Below are positions 63,711 to 64,000 of a stretch of DNA of 64,000 bases, in pieces (position 1 is the first letter of the stretch; the number at the start of each line of letters is the position of its first letter). The translations under genes and the position numbers were made by a program. This DNA is from Candidatus Melainabacteria bacterium (GTDB lineage: Bacteria; Cyanobacteriota; Vampirovibrionia; 2-02-FULL-35-15): positions 273,907-337,906 of the forward strand of contig JAHFBF010000001.1 in assembly GCA_023250195.1 (NCBI GenBank). The letters run 5' to 3'. The notes under the pieces are model-generated. The model was given only the letters and a program-made list of their open reading frames with translations, had not been told where the DNA came from and did not search any database.

Positions 63711-64000
63711 CTAGAAATCTTCATTTAAACTAAATTCATATGCTTTTGTTTTATTGCTGTTCATAACACCAGCCTTTTGATATTCACCAACTCTTTTTTC
63801 AAAGAAATTTGTTTTTCCCTGCAATGAAATGAGTTCCATAAAATCAAAAGGATTAGTTTTATGATACAACTTTGGATAACCTAAAGCAACAATCAAACGA
63901 TCAGCTACAAACTCTATATACTGACACATAAGTTTTGAGTTCATACCAATTAAATCTACCGGCAATGCACTTGTAACAAATTCTTTTTCAATTTCTACCG
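63711..64000 (-). CDS. nrdB: Class Ia ribonucleotide reductase beta subunit (3' part)
   Basis: [36 protein letters not shown]. Confidence 0.93.
   Translation of the reverse strand, partial: VEIEKEFVTSALPVDLIGMNSKLMCQYIEFVADRLIVALGYPKLYHKTNPFDFMELISLQGKTNFFEKRVGEYQKAGVMNSNKTKAYEFSLNEDF

Overview
AT-rich bacterial chromosome segment made up mostly of housekeeping genes: gmd, asnB, lptD-like, recF-dciA-gyrB, prs, pheS, lepB, ligA, rluD, lspA, lpxA, leuCD, murJ, serS, nadE, mqnA, nrdAB, tRNA-Val(TAC) and tRNA-Pro(TGG). Cyanobacteria-like NurA, MurJ and LptD together with futalosine-type MqnA and no photosynthesis genes suggest a non-photosynthetic Cyanobacteriota (Melainabacteria-like) organism; this is inference only. 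There is a Bacillus-type methionine salvage set (RuBisCO-like mtnW, mtnX, mtnB, mtnD) and a two-component locus. I found no transposase, integrase, prophage or CRISPR array. The most unusual signals are non-coding or sub-genic. (1) A four-helix-bundle (23S-IVS/Avd-like) gene sits between a kinase and its receiver gene, enclosed by two inverted arrays of the heptamer TCAGAGA; solo arrays lie upstream of both tRNAs. (2) Two related dispersed ~90-100 nt multi-hairpin elements show compensatory base changes and mostly sit directly before start codons or next to tRNAs. (3) About 20 GTAG-type and (C)GTC-type REP/RPE-like palindromes occur, about ten of them translated in frame inside conserved enzymes (LigA, RecF, NadE, MqnA, PmbA, arginase, MtnB). 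(4) mtnB has no canonical start codon for its conserved N-terminus. All calls are by eye from motifs; no database searches were run.
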